A DNA stretch of 64,000 nucleotides from Octopus sinensis (taxonomy: Eukaryota), in NCBI RefSeq assembly GCF_006345805.1, contig NC_043004.1, positions 66,836,001-66,900,000 on the forward strand, in the 5' to 3' direction. Every line of letters starts with the position of its first letter. Within the stretch, counting starts at the first letter, position 1. The translations under genes and the position numbers were made by a program. Below the pieces are notes generated by a model. That model ran no database searches, had not been told where the DNA came from, and saw only the letters and a program-made list of their open reading frames with translations. Positions 26,358 to 38,629 of this stretch are shown in pieces.

Positions 26358-26361
26358 TATT

Positions 26362-26474
<113 letters not shown>

Positions 26475-26674
26475 CATAGATTGATAGATAGATAGGTAGG
26501 TGGGTAGATATGTTTGTTTATAACACATACGAGTTGAACACACAGGGGACAAATTACAAAGTAGAGCTTTTCTTATTGGGGACAAAAAATTGTGTCTTAG
26601 ATTTTCAATCAAAAGGGATCGTGAAAAAAAACAATCAATAGGGATCGTGTATCACAGAAATGTAATGATGTAAT

Positions 26675-27048
26675 ACTCTTTACTCTCTTTTGCTCTTTTA
26701 CTTGTTTCAGTCATTTGACTGTGGCCATGCTGGAGCACCGCCTTTTAGTCGAGCAAATCGACCCCAGGACTTATTCTTTGTAAGCCTAGTACTTATTCTA
26801 TCGGGCTCTTTTGCCGAACCGCTAAGTTACGGGGACGTAAACACAGCAGCATCGGTTGTCAAGCGATGGACACACAAACACATACACATACATATATATA
26901 TACATATATACGACGGGCTTCTTTCAGTTTCCGTCTACCAAATTCACTCACAATGCTTTGGTCGGCCCGAGGCTATAGTTGAAAACACTTGTCCAAGGTG
27001 CCACGTGGTTCGTAATCAAGCTACTTACCACACAGCCACTCCTACGCC
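26675..27048 (-). mobile_element. SINE family A
   Basis: TACTCTTTACTCTCTTTTGCTCTTTTACTTGTTTCAGTC...CCACACAGCCACTCCTACGCCT. Confidence 0.9.
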
Positions 27049-27167
27049 TAATGAGTAAAGGAGGAAACATATAAGGTTTATCCGTGGAAAAAAAGCTTAC
27101 GGAAAAGACTACGGTAACCTCAGTCACTAATATCACATGTTAACACATTTATTTCCAAGTAAGTAAG

Positions 27168-27197
27168 ATGACGACGACGATGATGATGATGATGATC

Positions 27198-27229
<32 letters not shown>

Positions 27230-27380
27230 CATCCTCACCACCACTGTCATCACCTCAAATCTCAATGCCATCATTACTATCATTGTCACCATCACATTTG
27301 TTGTCGTCGTCGTCATCGTCGTAATAATCACGATATTCGCCGTCGTCGTCATCGTCGTCTCATCATCAGCATCATCACCG
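27168..27380. repeat. Compound (GAT)/(CAT)/(GTC) trinucleotide tract
   Basis: Seen directly. Confidence 0.95.
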
Positions 27381-27904
27381 ACACCACGTACGCCACCAAA
27401 TTAATGATTAAAATCATTGCAATCAATCTCATCTATTTTTAAAATTTTCTCCCGGGTTTTCTTGGCACACATCTATTTCTTCCTGTAATCCGTGTATCTC
27501 TGGTTTAGCTTCTATACCCCCACCTCTCTCTCTCTCTGTCTTGTTTCCTCCTCTCTCACCTCTCTCTCTCTCTATTCTTCATCTCTCTCTTTTCCTTCAT
27601 TCTCTTTCTGTTAATCACTCCACCCCAACATGTCTCTTCACTTCTCTTCCCGTACGTGTTCTGTAATTTGCAAACGTGTAAATGAGTCGACTTTCAAATG
27701 GATCCCAGCCCCCATAATTGAAAAACGCCAGAGTTGCTAGTCTTGGTAATGTACAAAATCTACATCATTGTTGCTAGAGTGGCTACCAGCAAGTAGCAGT
27801 TAATCTCATATGTATTATTTATATATACACAGCTATGTAAACACTGACTGCTACTTTGTCTTAACCCGGTCGATGTGTTAGGGGAAGGCGAGAAGGACAC
27901 AAAG

Positions 27905-28150
27905 CGATAGATAGACAGAGAGACATGTAGACAGAGAGACAGACTGACAGATATATATATATATATATATATAGATAGATAGAAAGATAGATAGATAGTT
28001 AGATAGATAGATAAATAGATAGATAGATAGAAGATAGATAGATAGTTAGATAGATAGATAGATAGACAGACAGATAGATAGTAAGATAGATAGACAGGCA
28101 GACATACAAATATATAAATAGACAGACTATATATATATATATATATATAG

Positions 28151-28193
<43 letters not shown>

Positions 28194-28291
28194 TAATAGA
28201 TAGATAGATACATAGTGAAATAGATATATAATAGATAGATAGATGGATGGATAAATAGATAGATGCGTAGGTAGGTAGATATGTAAGTAGG

Positions 28292-28380
<89 letters not shown>

Positions 28381-28382
28381 GA
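27905..28382. repeat. (GATA)n/(TA)n/(GA)n compound tract
   Basis: Seen directly. Confidence 0.95.
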
Positions 28383-28699
28383 AGAAAAGACAGGGTGTTG
28401 CAGCAGTTAAATTTCATGATGGTGTAATTCCTGAAGATCGCAAGAGAAAAGTGGAAGATGTGTATAGGTGGCGCTGGTTTGTAGGATATGTATGATAGTG
28501 TAATTTCTCACATTCTCTCTCTACTACTGTATCGCGGCAAGAGTAGAAGTCAGACAGAACAATTAGAAACTTTGTTAAACACCAGTGACAGATTCCTGGC
28601 TTGAAATGCCACATCGAATATAAATGGCCGAGATGAACTTCGGTTTGTTTTATTCATTTGTTTGTCACAAACATTTACCATTCTTTGCTTCTTTATTTC

Positions 28700-29405
28700 T
28701 CTCTCGCCTATTTCCTAGGCAAACGCCTCTCTTTCTCATCCCAACTCAGGCCCCCACCCCGCCGTTCTTCTCTCTTTCTTCCCTCTCCTACCTCTCTTCC
28801 TTTTCTTTTTTCTTCTTCTTCTTCTTTCTTCTTTTTTTTCTTTTTGTTCTTCAACTTCTTCATCTCTTCCTTCTTCTCTATCTTCTTTCTTCTCTTTCTC
28901 ATATCATCCTCTTCTTACTTTTCTCTTTTTCTTGTTCCTCATCTTCATTTTCTTTTCTTCTTCAAATCTTCATCTCCTTCTCCTTCTCTATCTCCATCAC
29001 TTTCTCCTTTCTCATATCTTCTTTTTCTCCTTCCACTTCTTTCTTCTTTTTCTTGTTCCTCATCTCCTTCATCTCCTCCTCCTCTATTACTATCTCCTTC
29101 CTTTCCTCCACTTTCTCATATACTCCTTTCATCACCATCTTCTTCTTCTTCTTCTTCTTTTTCTTCTTCTTCTTCTTCTTCTCTTCTTCTCTTCTTCTTC
29201 TTCTTCTTCTCCTTCTCTTTCATGTTCTCTATACTTTTACCACATATCCCTTTCAGTTTAGGTCGTTAGGGTTCACTTCACTCTCCTTCCCTTTAAACAA
29301 AGAGAATCCTGCTTTCCACTTCATGTTATACTTTATTTCATCTTGTTCGCATTGTTCCTCTTCTTTCTTTTCCTCTCTTTCTTCTGTTTGTTGCTGTTGC
29401 TCTCA

Positions 29406-29436
<31 letters not shown>

Positions 29437-29810
29437 CATTTCTATTGCATTTTTTTTTTTTACTTTTCATCATCATTAATACTTTTTTCTTCAGCCGCCT
29501 AACACTGGTAGAAATGCTGCTGCTACTACTACTACTACTACTGCTACTACTACTACTAGTACCACTGATGATAGTGATGGTACTACTGCGGCTGCTGCTG
29601 CTGCTGCAAATATTTCTACTAGCACCGCAATTTCTAGTATAACTGCCACTGCAACTAATACACACTCCTATTACCACCACAACCACCACAACTAACACTT
29701 CTGCTACTGAAATAACTACTAATACTACTACTACAACCACTGCCTCCAACATCAGCACCACCACCACCACTACTACCACCACCACTACTGCTGCTGCTGC
29801 AACTCTTGTA
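28700..29810. repeat. (TTC/TCC)n pyrimidine tract followed by a (CAT)/(CTA)/(CTG)/(CAC) trinucleotide mosaic
   Basis: Seen directly. Source of the 292-aa and 203-aa low-complexity ORFs. Confidence 0.95.
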
Positions 29811-30259
29811 ACTCAGAACCCCTCCACCCTGACTCCCTTCCACACCTTAGAACCCATGTATATTCTTCTCAAACCCTTCTCTCCCTATCTTATCTTTTGC
29901 CCTTTTACATACACCTCTACTTCCAAGATTTATACATCTGTTTTCATAATGGCTCCTTCTCAGCATGTCATCTCATTGTCTACCACTTCGTCTCTCTCTC
30001 GTTGTCTTTTGTATGGCTGTCTCTCGTTCAAACACTCCCGTTTTCTCTCCCCCTCTCCCCTCCCTCTGCTACACTCATTCTCTGTTCGTCCGCCAATTAC
30101 TTCTGATTATTACACATTCACTATTTACATATTCATCCGTCATTCGCGTCACAGTTCTATTTTATATATATTTCATATGGGTTATCTCCTCATGCTCACA
30201 TGCATGCACATTTATTCACATAAATACGCATAACAACACGCGCGCTAATACTCACAAAC

Positions 30260-30300
<41 letters not shown>

Positions 30301-30315
30301 GATTTTATATATATT

Positions 30316-30510
30316 CTTTTACTTGTTTCAGTCATTTGACTGCGGCCATGCTGGAGCACCATCTTCTAGTAGGGCAAATAGACCCGAGGACTTATTCTCT
30401 GTAAGCTTCGTATTTATTCTATCAGTCTGTTATACCGAAACGCTAGATTGCAGAGACCTAAACACACCAGCATCGATTATCCTGCGACGGTGAAGGAGAC
30501 GAACATAGAC
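30316..30510 (-). mobile_element. SINE family A, 3' half
   Basis: TTCTTTTACTTGTTTCAGTCATTTGACTGCGGCCATGCTGGAGCACC... Confidence 0.85.
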
Positions 30511-30635
30511 GCACAAGTGTATACATATACATACATACATACATGCATATATAACATAAATAATATATAAACATATGTATGTATACATACATATATGTAC
30601 ATACCTACATCTATATGTATATATACATGCATATA

Positions 30636-31355
30636 TGGGTACAGGACACCTTAAAACTTTGAACACAGTGAGTAACGAAAACAAAAACAAAACATGGAAA
30701 TGAACTTTTGTCAAACAACGAAAGAACAGAATACAAGACATGTAACACAAGGAACATTCCCCTTCTTCAGTTGTCCCTGTTTCGTCTACTCCGCGTCCCG
30801 AAGTTAAGGACAAAACGCAACTTTGTTGAAACAGTCCTTCCCACAAAGCAAATTAAATAAAATTTGGGATTTTTTGCGGTGGGGTAAAAGTGGTAACAAG
30901 AACAGGACAGTGAAAACAAAACAAAACTGTAAGAACAATACAAATAAAAACATTAAAGGACAGGACAAGGAGAATAACACAGTAAAAACAGACAATGAGG
31001 GCTGTTAAGCTAAGACGATGGAAAAATAATTTTAAACGCATTGAAGAGACAGCTTATGAGAAGAGCAGGATAAGCCGTCTGGACTCGTTGAAGATAACAG
31101 TCGGAAAGATGCCTTACCTCTGGTCACGTGTCAGTGACGAGAGAGAGGAGGAGAAGTAAGAAAGAGGGAACGGTGAAAGGGAGAGGAGAAGAATAGAGAA
31201 GGGTGCGTGATAAAACCAGAATGGATGAAGAAAAAGAGAGGGAGAGAAACAGAATGAGGAGAAATAGTAAAAGTTAAGAGTGCACATCATAATTATTAAG
31301 ATAAAACTTACTTGGAAATGGATGCATGGCGTTCGATCATATAATAACATAAATA
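30636..31355 (-). mobile_element. ~720-bp non-coding element with the same architecture as the 733-bp tandem unit (diverged relative)
   Basis: Minus strand order: CATGCATCCATTTCCAAGTAAGT start, pyrimidine tract, CACGTGAC, U-rich block, pseudoknot plus CTGAAGA-AGGGG, U-rich tail, ...GTCCTGTACCCATATA end. Confidence 0.65.
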
Positions 31356-31385
31356 ATATATAAACATATGCATATATACATACAC

Positions 31386-31830
31386 TATTAATTCTCTGAA
31401 CGAGATGTAAACAGTAACCGCTCGACAATGTAAAGTATAATAGCCATCCGAATATGGCTAACCACAAAGGGTGGGTGTTACTGTAGCTTTTAGCCCCAGG
31501 AGATCATCGTCTCCAGCTGGCTTTAGGCACACTATCTGTGCCCTTATGGTATTTGCAAAGGGAGGCCATCCGTTTCTCGTAAGCCTAACTGATACGCACC
31601 GGACTGCGGTTTTGAGGTTGTTGCCCCTTGTCAACGGGCGGTAATAACCGGATCACGATGAAAGGGAAAGCCTGTATGCAAATATATGTGTTTTTCTAGT
31701 AACTTCCGTCACTGATTCCGAAAAACTGTCTGCGGGCACAGATAGTGTGCCTAAAGCCAGCTGAAGACGATGATCTCCTGGGGCTAAAAGCTACAGTAAC
31801 ACCCACCCTCTGTAGTTAGCCATATTGAGA
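31386..31830. mobile_element. Family M element in fold-back form (~110-bp inverted arms)
   Basis: AATATGGCTAACC...CTATCTGTGCCC (~31451-31542) is inverted at ~31734-31826. Confidence 0.85.
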
Positions 31831-31970
31831 CATACAACACAAGGAATACTCCCCTTCTTCAGTTGGCCCTGTTTCGTCTACTCCACGTAACAAAGGTAAG
31901 GACAAAACGCGACTCGATGGATGCAGCCCTTCCCGCAAAGTAAATTAAATAAAATTTGGGATTTTTTGCG
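31831..31970 (-). mobile_element. Internal fragment of the 30.6-31.35 kb element family
   Basis: CACAAGGAATACTCCCCTTCTTCAGTTGGCCCTGTTTCGTCTACTCC...AAATTTGGGATTTTTTGCG aligns to 30746-30878. Confidence 0.9.
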
Positions 31971-31971
31971 A

Positions 31972-32064
<93 letters not shown>

Positions 32065-32070
32065 TGTGTG

Positions 32071-32113
<43 letters not shown>

Positions 32114-33288
32114 TGTATATATATATATATATTTCATATACGATGCTGTTTTCAGCCCTAAACTGTGATTCTGTGTTTGCGATCGACTCTGTGTGTGAGT
32201 GTGTGTGTGTTTATACATTTTTCTACAGCATTTGCATTTGTCAGAAAATATACATAAAGATTCCGCCTTGCTTCCATTCAGTGATGAACTGTTGACCATC
32301 ACTGTTATACGCTGTATATTTTGACCACATATGCACAAGTCATTGCGTTATCTTCTCCGCATCATAGTTCCCCCTTTTTAGCTAGATCATAAAAATCTGG
32401 CAAATTACATCCTGTCGACTTCTTTCAACGTATAACCATTTCTAATTAATTATTTATTGCTTAATTCACTAACAAGTATGTTAACTATTGTTTCATTTGG
32501 ATAGCGTCTCTGATTAATTAACCTCTGTGATTAGTTAGTGTTCTGTTGTTTGTTTGTATATTTTTATATAATCAAATTCTTCATGTTCAATATTATATAC
32601 GCATACTTAGAGTTGTCCTTGTGAACACTTAGCAATTAAGTTTGAATTATATTCTTCGCTTGTGATGTCATATATAATTCCAAAAGAAGCGCACAACTGA
32701 GTCTCGTTGATGTCGAAATGATTAAAATTATATGATTAATTCACTTATCTATTTTTCTTTGTCATTGCATACTTACTTCTAATTATATATTTAATGTGTT
32801 ATTTGTGTATATATACTAAATTAACTATTGTGCTTCATACAGATGGTGTCGCTGCGTAATTAACTATAGTAACTTTATTTTTCATTTCCAGGAATAATTA
32901 ACCAACGTAAAAGTATAATCATGTTTTCTCGACTCTATTCTGAACCGTAGATAAAAAGCGTATGACAATCTAAAAATCCATTTCCCGCCTACTACACGCA
33001 TGGAACAACAGAAAATGAAAATATGATGCCTCATTGATTAATGAGCCCGTCATAGTTTATAAAAATTAAAACTTTTTAGTCACGGTTGAACAGTTTTTAA
33101 TTATTGTTCCGGCCTATCTGATGTGGTAAGGAGCCAAACTACTACATGAGCGTCCTAACGTTATGTCCCGAGATGTATCAACATGTAAATAACTTGGGCT
33201 TTCTTAGCGTTAGCATGCTCCAATTGAGGAAGAAATTTTAAATATAAACTTGACGATAATTAAGACTAATTAATATTAGTCAATCACT

Positions 33289-33712
33289 AAGGCGGCGAGA
33301 TGGCAGAAACGTTTGCCCGTCGGGCGAAATGCGTGGTATTTCGTCTGTCGCTACGTTCTGAGTTCAAATTCCGCCGAAGTAGACTTTGCTTTTCATCATT
33401 GCGGGGTCGATAAATTAAGTACCAGTTACGCACTGGGGTCGATGTATTCGACTTAATCCCGTTGTCTGTCCATGTTTGTCTCCTCTATGTTTAGCCCCTT
33501 GTGGGCAATAAAGAAATATGAAACGTTAGCACTCCGGGTGAAATGCTTAGCGGCATTTCGTCTGTCTTTACTTTCTGATTTCAAATCCCACCGTGGTCGA
33601 CTTTGCCTTTCATCCTTTAGGGGTCGATAATTTAAGTACCAGTTGCGTACTGGAGTCGATCTAATCAACTGGTACCCTCATCCAAAATTTCGGGCCGTAT
33701 GCATAGAGTAGT
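33289..33712 (+). mobile_element. Two tandem SINE family C copies
   Basis: AAGGCGGCGAGATGGCAGAAACGTT head at 33289. A second, head-truncated copy starts at ~33520 (GAAACGTTAGCACTCCGGG). Confidence 0.88.
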
Positions 33713-35020
33713 AAAAAAAAATATATTACTTAATCACTATTTATTAAAATTGCTGGCAAACAATTTCGTAATTTGCAGAGGAAAACTAGTATTTGGTGGT
33801 TTGTTTTTATATGGATTGTCATGGAAACAAAAATCCAGTAGAACTTGTGCTGAACAAAACTAAAAAGTTTATTTCAGATTTTTTTTAATCCAAACTTTCG
33901 GAATTATGTAACTCATTTATAAATGAATAATCTCATTTTTCCGATATTGTTTAACACCAAACCAACAATATTTTAGAAAAGCAATGGCCGAAATATTTCC
34001 CAAAATAAAAATTGCACCTTTTATACAAAATACTTAAACGTATTAGACATTAGAGTGGCTGAACTCTACACTATGGTTAGTGACGTAAGCATGACTGATA
34101 TTGCTATGATTCCCATAAAGATATTTTATGATGTTCTGATGTAATATCACAAAACAATTTATGTTGTGTGCAACAGTTTTGACCATAGATATAAACCAAT
34201 AAAAACTAGAATAATATCACCAATTCTATGGCATGAACTCAAGCATTGCAGCATCATTTAATAAAGTTGTTCTTGACCACAACCTCGTCCTTATGAAGAT
34301 TGCTCTCGACATTTGTTTATCACACAGCCTTTGCATTGTAATTTTTTCAGGAATCTCAATTATATCGATGACAAATATTTCAGATGGTTTGCAAAAGAGT
34401 TGTGCAGTTCAGCTTCTACATTTAAAATTCTAGAAGCAATGACGCAAAATACCTTCGAGTTTATGAAATTAATCAGGAAGTTACATCTAGGAGAGATCAA
34501 AAGGCGAATTATATTAAAAAATAATAACAAATTTTCTTGTTACAGTTATTAGATTGCGGCCTTGCAGGGGCGCTACCTTCAAAGATTTTAATCGAACAAA
34601 TCGATGCTTGGATTTATTATTTTTTGAATCCCAGTACTTATTCTATCGGTCAATTTGACCGAATCGCTAGTTAACTCAGCATCACCTATCGTCCAGCGTC
34701 GGTGGGAGACATCGTATATTATAGGCAAAGAGGGTGTAAGGAAAATTTCAAAAAATATGTTTTTTTACATATTAACTGTAACCGGTTTTCAAGGCAAGCG
34801 ACTTTTCAAGAATTGTAAGGTGAAAAGAAAATTTTTGGTAATTGAAAAGAGGGAAAAAGAAAATTACGTTGTTTTTTGCAAAAAAATAATAAACATACAA
34901 AAATAAAAAAATAGGTACACCGATACATTGTAAAGTCTTTGTGTATCTCGAGTTCAATGATAGTCCTTGGAAAACTTACCTTGGAAGATTAAGATACATG
35001 TGATTACATCCATAACCCAA

Positions 35021-35066
<46 letters not shown>

Positions 35067-35477
35067 GATGCTTCAACCAAACTATAAAATTTTATTGTAT
35101 ATATATATATGTATACATATATATATATCGAGGATATCCAAGGTAGTGTAGTACAATCGTTTCATGCTGCTTCATTTTATTAAACACTGTAAGTATTACT
35201 TCAGTTTTAAAATGTCGAGCAATCTTCAGCCACATATAGAATTTTTTTTAATTAAACGGACAATGCACATTTTTATACTTATTTCATTTGCCAAAATTAT
35301 AATTATAATCACAATTTTTGTGATTATAATTTTGATGTACATTGATTTAAATTGAACGATGATTTCGATGGGTTATCGGTCGGCGGGCGCTGGTGCCCCT
35401 CCCATTATTATTATTTTTTTCCATCTTTGTCGTTTTTATACACATCAATGTCTCTGTCCAGCCCTCAGCTACCTTTA

Positions 35478-35877
35478 TCTATGTACGACCTTCATGGTCA
35501 ATTCGATGAAATAAAGAAGCTTGCTTACCAAACACATGGTTCCGAGTTCACTCCCACTGCGTGGAACCTTGGGCAAGTGTCTTCTACTATTGTCTCGGGC
35601 CGACCACATCCTTGTGAGTGGATTTGGTAGACGGAAACTGAAAGGAGCCCGTCGTATACACGTATATGTGTGTGTGTGTGGGTGTTTGTCCCCCCCCCCC
35701 GACATTGCTTGATAATCGGTGCTGGTGTCTTTACGTTCCCGTAACTTAGCGGTTCGGCAAAAGAGACCGATAGAATAAGTACTGGGCTTATAAAGAATAA
35801 GTCCTTCGGTCGAGTTGCTCGACTAAAGGCGGTACTCCAGCATGGCCGCAGTCAAATGACTGAAACAAGTAAAAGAT
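35478..35877 (+). mobile_element. SINE family A
   Basis: Body CTTGCTTACCAAACACATGGTTCCGAGTTCACTCCC...GACTGAAACAAGTAAAAGA. Confidence 0.9.
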
Positions 35878-37002
35878 ATTAAAAGAGAGTATGTAATTCC
35901 TACGTTCACGTCTTTAACATTTCTCTCTTTATCTTCACCTCCCACTTCTACTAACTCTCTATCTATCACTCTCTTAATGTAACTGTCTCCCCTGCCCATA
36001 TCTCATCTGCGAAATATTGTAGCCTTTCTCTCTTTCCCTTTCTCTCTACACTCTACACCACGCCATTACTTCTCCCTCCCTCTTTACTCTCACTATCGCT
36101 TTTCTGGCTCTTCGCCTCTGCCTTCAACTATCACGTGACGCATTTGGCTTTATTATATCTCTTTCTCTACCTATTCCTCATTTCTTTCTTCTCTACTCAC
36201 ACTCCTCCTCTCCCTCCTCTCTCTCCCTTTCTCTCTCCCTCTCTCTCTCTCTCTCATACACACACAATTATATTCCGTCTCTCATTCCCTCCACCTTCAC
36301 CTCTGTAACTAACTACAGTGTAACGGGCGAACGAACAAGCAGATTATCGTATAGAGTTTCTTAGTCAATACAGCGTGATCCCTGCTTATAAGCTTTAAGC
36401 TTATAGAATATTATTATTGACAGAATTGTAAAAATCGGCACCGCTTATCAACTCATTGCATACACACACACACACCCACCCACACACACACATACACACA
36501 CACACACACACACACAATGATGTTTATATACGTACGTATTTGTAGCCGTATGTGTGCTGATACGCTTGCCTTCCGTTTCACTCTCTCTTACAAATATTTA
36601 TTAAAAAGTAACTGTATGTTGCAATTATGATTTCTACACTCGTGTATGTTATCTTACAGGGTTTTACTAATGTCACCATGCACTTTAATAATTTATTCAG
36701 CTTTAATATGCAATATTGGTTATTGGAATATTTTCAGTTAAGTATTGATTAACTGTGTTGTTGAGTATTATACAAATAATAAATTCAGCTTCACGCATTA
36801 CTCCCGAAATCAAATACATTGCATGCTTGCACATAATTATTCAAATTACAAATTGAAAATATATTTCTATTAAATACATCTCAGATTTAAAAGCACGTTA
36901 CAAAGTCACAATATGGCACATATATTTCTTCTCATTATTGAGAAAATTCAATTAGCTACTTGTGTGTGCGTGCGTGTGTATGTGTATGATTGTTTGTGTG
37001 TG

Positions 37003-37215
37003 TAAGAGAGGTTGCTGAAAAGTTCCTGGCTTTGGGTAAAAGAAAGTGCAGGGAAATCTCTTAATTATGATTTTATGCAATATATTCTCCTCTCAGATTC
37101 ACACACTAATTGCAGCGGTCGTTCAGTTTTTCTAAGCCCTGTAAATGCATTCGGAAGCTTGGGCCTCGAACCAGGCATTTGGCGCTACCCTTAAAGCCAG
37201 GAACATCTCAGTACA
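37003..37215. mobile_element. Mariner-type MITE with ~22-bp imperfect TIRs
   Basis: Left GCTGAAAAGTTCCTGGCTTT (37014-37033); right AAAGCCAGGAACATCTCAG (37193-37211). Confidence 0.7.
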
Positions 37216-37579
37216 TAAATACATACAGGCATGTATGCATATATATATATATAATAATATATATATTATTATATATATATATATATATAAGACTAGCTTG
37301 ATTTAATTTAATCAGGTTAGTTTACCATTAAACAATAGATGAAACGGTGCATCGTATAAAGAATTACAGGGTAAATGTTTTTTTAATTTTCTCCTGGTTT
37401 ACGGAATTAATGTTGTTTTGCGGTTGAAGCCTGGCTGTTATTTCTAGTGGTTGAATGGCCTATTATGGCCGTTCCTTGATTTTGCTGTTGAATTTATAAA
37501 TGGTCTATGCTATTTAATTTTTTCCCACTAGGCCCTGGTGGCAAAAAATTCTGCGAAATTTTTTGCCACCCTATATTGA

Positions 37580-37610
<31 letters not shown>

Positions 37611-37625
37611 ATAATATATATATAT

Positions 37626-37775
37626 GCGCAAGAGTGGCTGTGTGGTAAGTAGCTTGCTAGCCAAGCACATGGTTCCAGGTTCAGTCCACTGGGTAAGTGT
37701 CTTCTGCTATAGCCCCGGCCGACCAATGCCTTGTGAGTGAATTTGGTAGACTGAAACTGAAAGAAGCCTGTCGTA
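37626..37775 (+). mobile_element. SINE family A, 5' half
   Basis: GCGCAAGAGTGGCTGTGTGGTAAGTAGC...AACTGAAAGAAGCCTGTCG. Confidence 0.88.
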
Positions 37776-38629
37776 TATATGTAATATATATATATATATA
37801 GATATATATTATATATTATATATATATTATATATATATATGTGCGTGTCTGTGTATGTATGTATGAATGTATATTCAAATAATTATAATTACATTAGAAC
37901 AAGTATCTACCAAAGGGAAATATGTTTCATGTTTGAAGGATATTTTTTTCTCGGGGACAGGGTACGTAAGTGACGTATTTTGATATTGTACCTTTTCATA
38001 ATGCCTATTTTCAGAAACTACTGAATTGTTCTAATTGTATGTATCACTTGCCTGTATCACCAATGTGGTTTTACGTCAGAAATTCGAAGCGCACATCTTA
38101 CGTCATGCATTACATATGGTAGGTTTTTACATATTCTAGGTTTTATTGTAGGTTTTTAATGTTATAGGTGCTAGTGCGACAAACCAATTCATGCTTTACT
38201 GCCGGGAAACATGGTTATTGATTTATTAGGTGATAGCAATTTTTTAACGTGCCCATCTTTCTTTCTACTGGAAATTTAGAAGTAGCCAAACATCGTAACG
38301 AATAAGTTTGTCTCGTAGCATATCAAATATCAATGGATACGGCAAAGTTTTTAAAAATATATTCACGTAATTTTGTGGTGGATAGCTGCAATGTTGTCTC
38401 AGACGGTTAATTTAAAACAGTATATCAGGTAACTCTATGAGAATGACACACTTGGTATTGTTGTGTTAGGGCGTGGATTTTTGCGTAAACTGGAGGAATA
38501 CAACTGCTTTGATGCTTTGAAGAAGATAATTTGAAATATAAAGTGGCTTGGTATATCTTTAGAAATATAACTGAAATTAGCAATTCAATATGAAATATCT
38601 ATCTTTCTTTCTATCTGTCTATCTATTGT

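Noticed and set aside
28422-28450. CTGAAGA-TC-GCAA-GA-GAAA
   Set aside because: A 2-bp stem II without G10.1-C11.1, and no stem III or NUH.
28624-29502. 292-aa ORF, the longest in the track, and the overlapping 203-aa ORF
   Set aside because: These are translations of (TTC/TCC)n, which lacks stop codons by composition; the products are F/S/L homopolymers.
36387-36405. TATAAGCTT-T-AAGCTTATA palindrome
   Set aside because: 9-bp AT-rich arms are near chance expectation in 64 kb.
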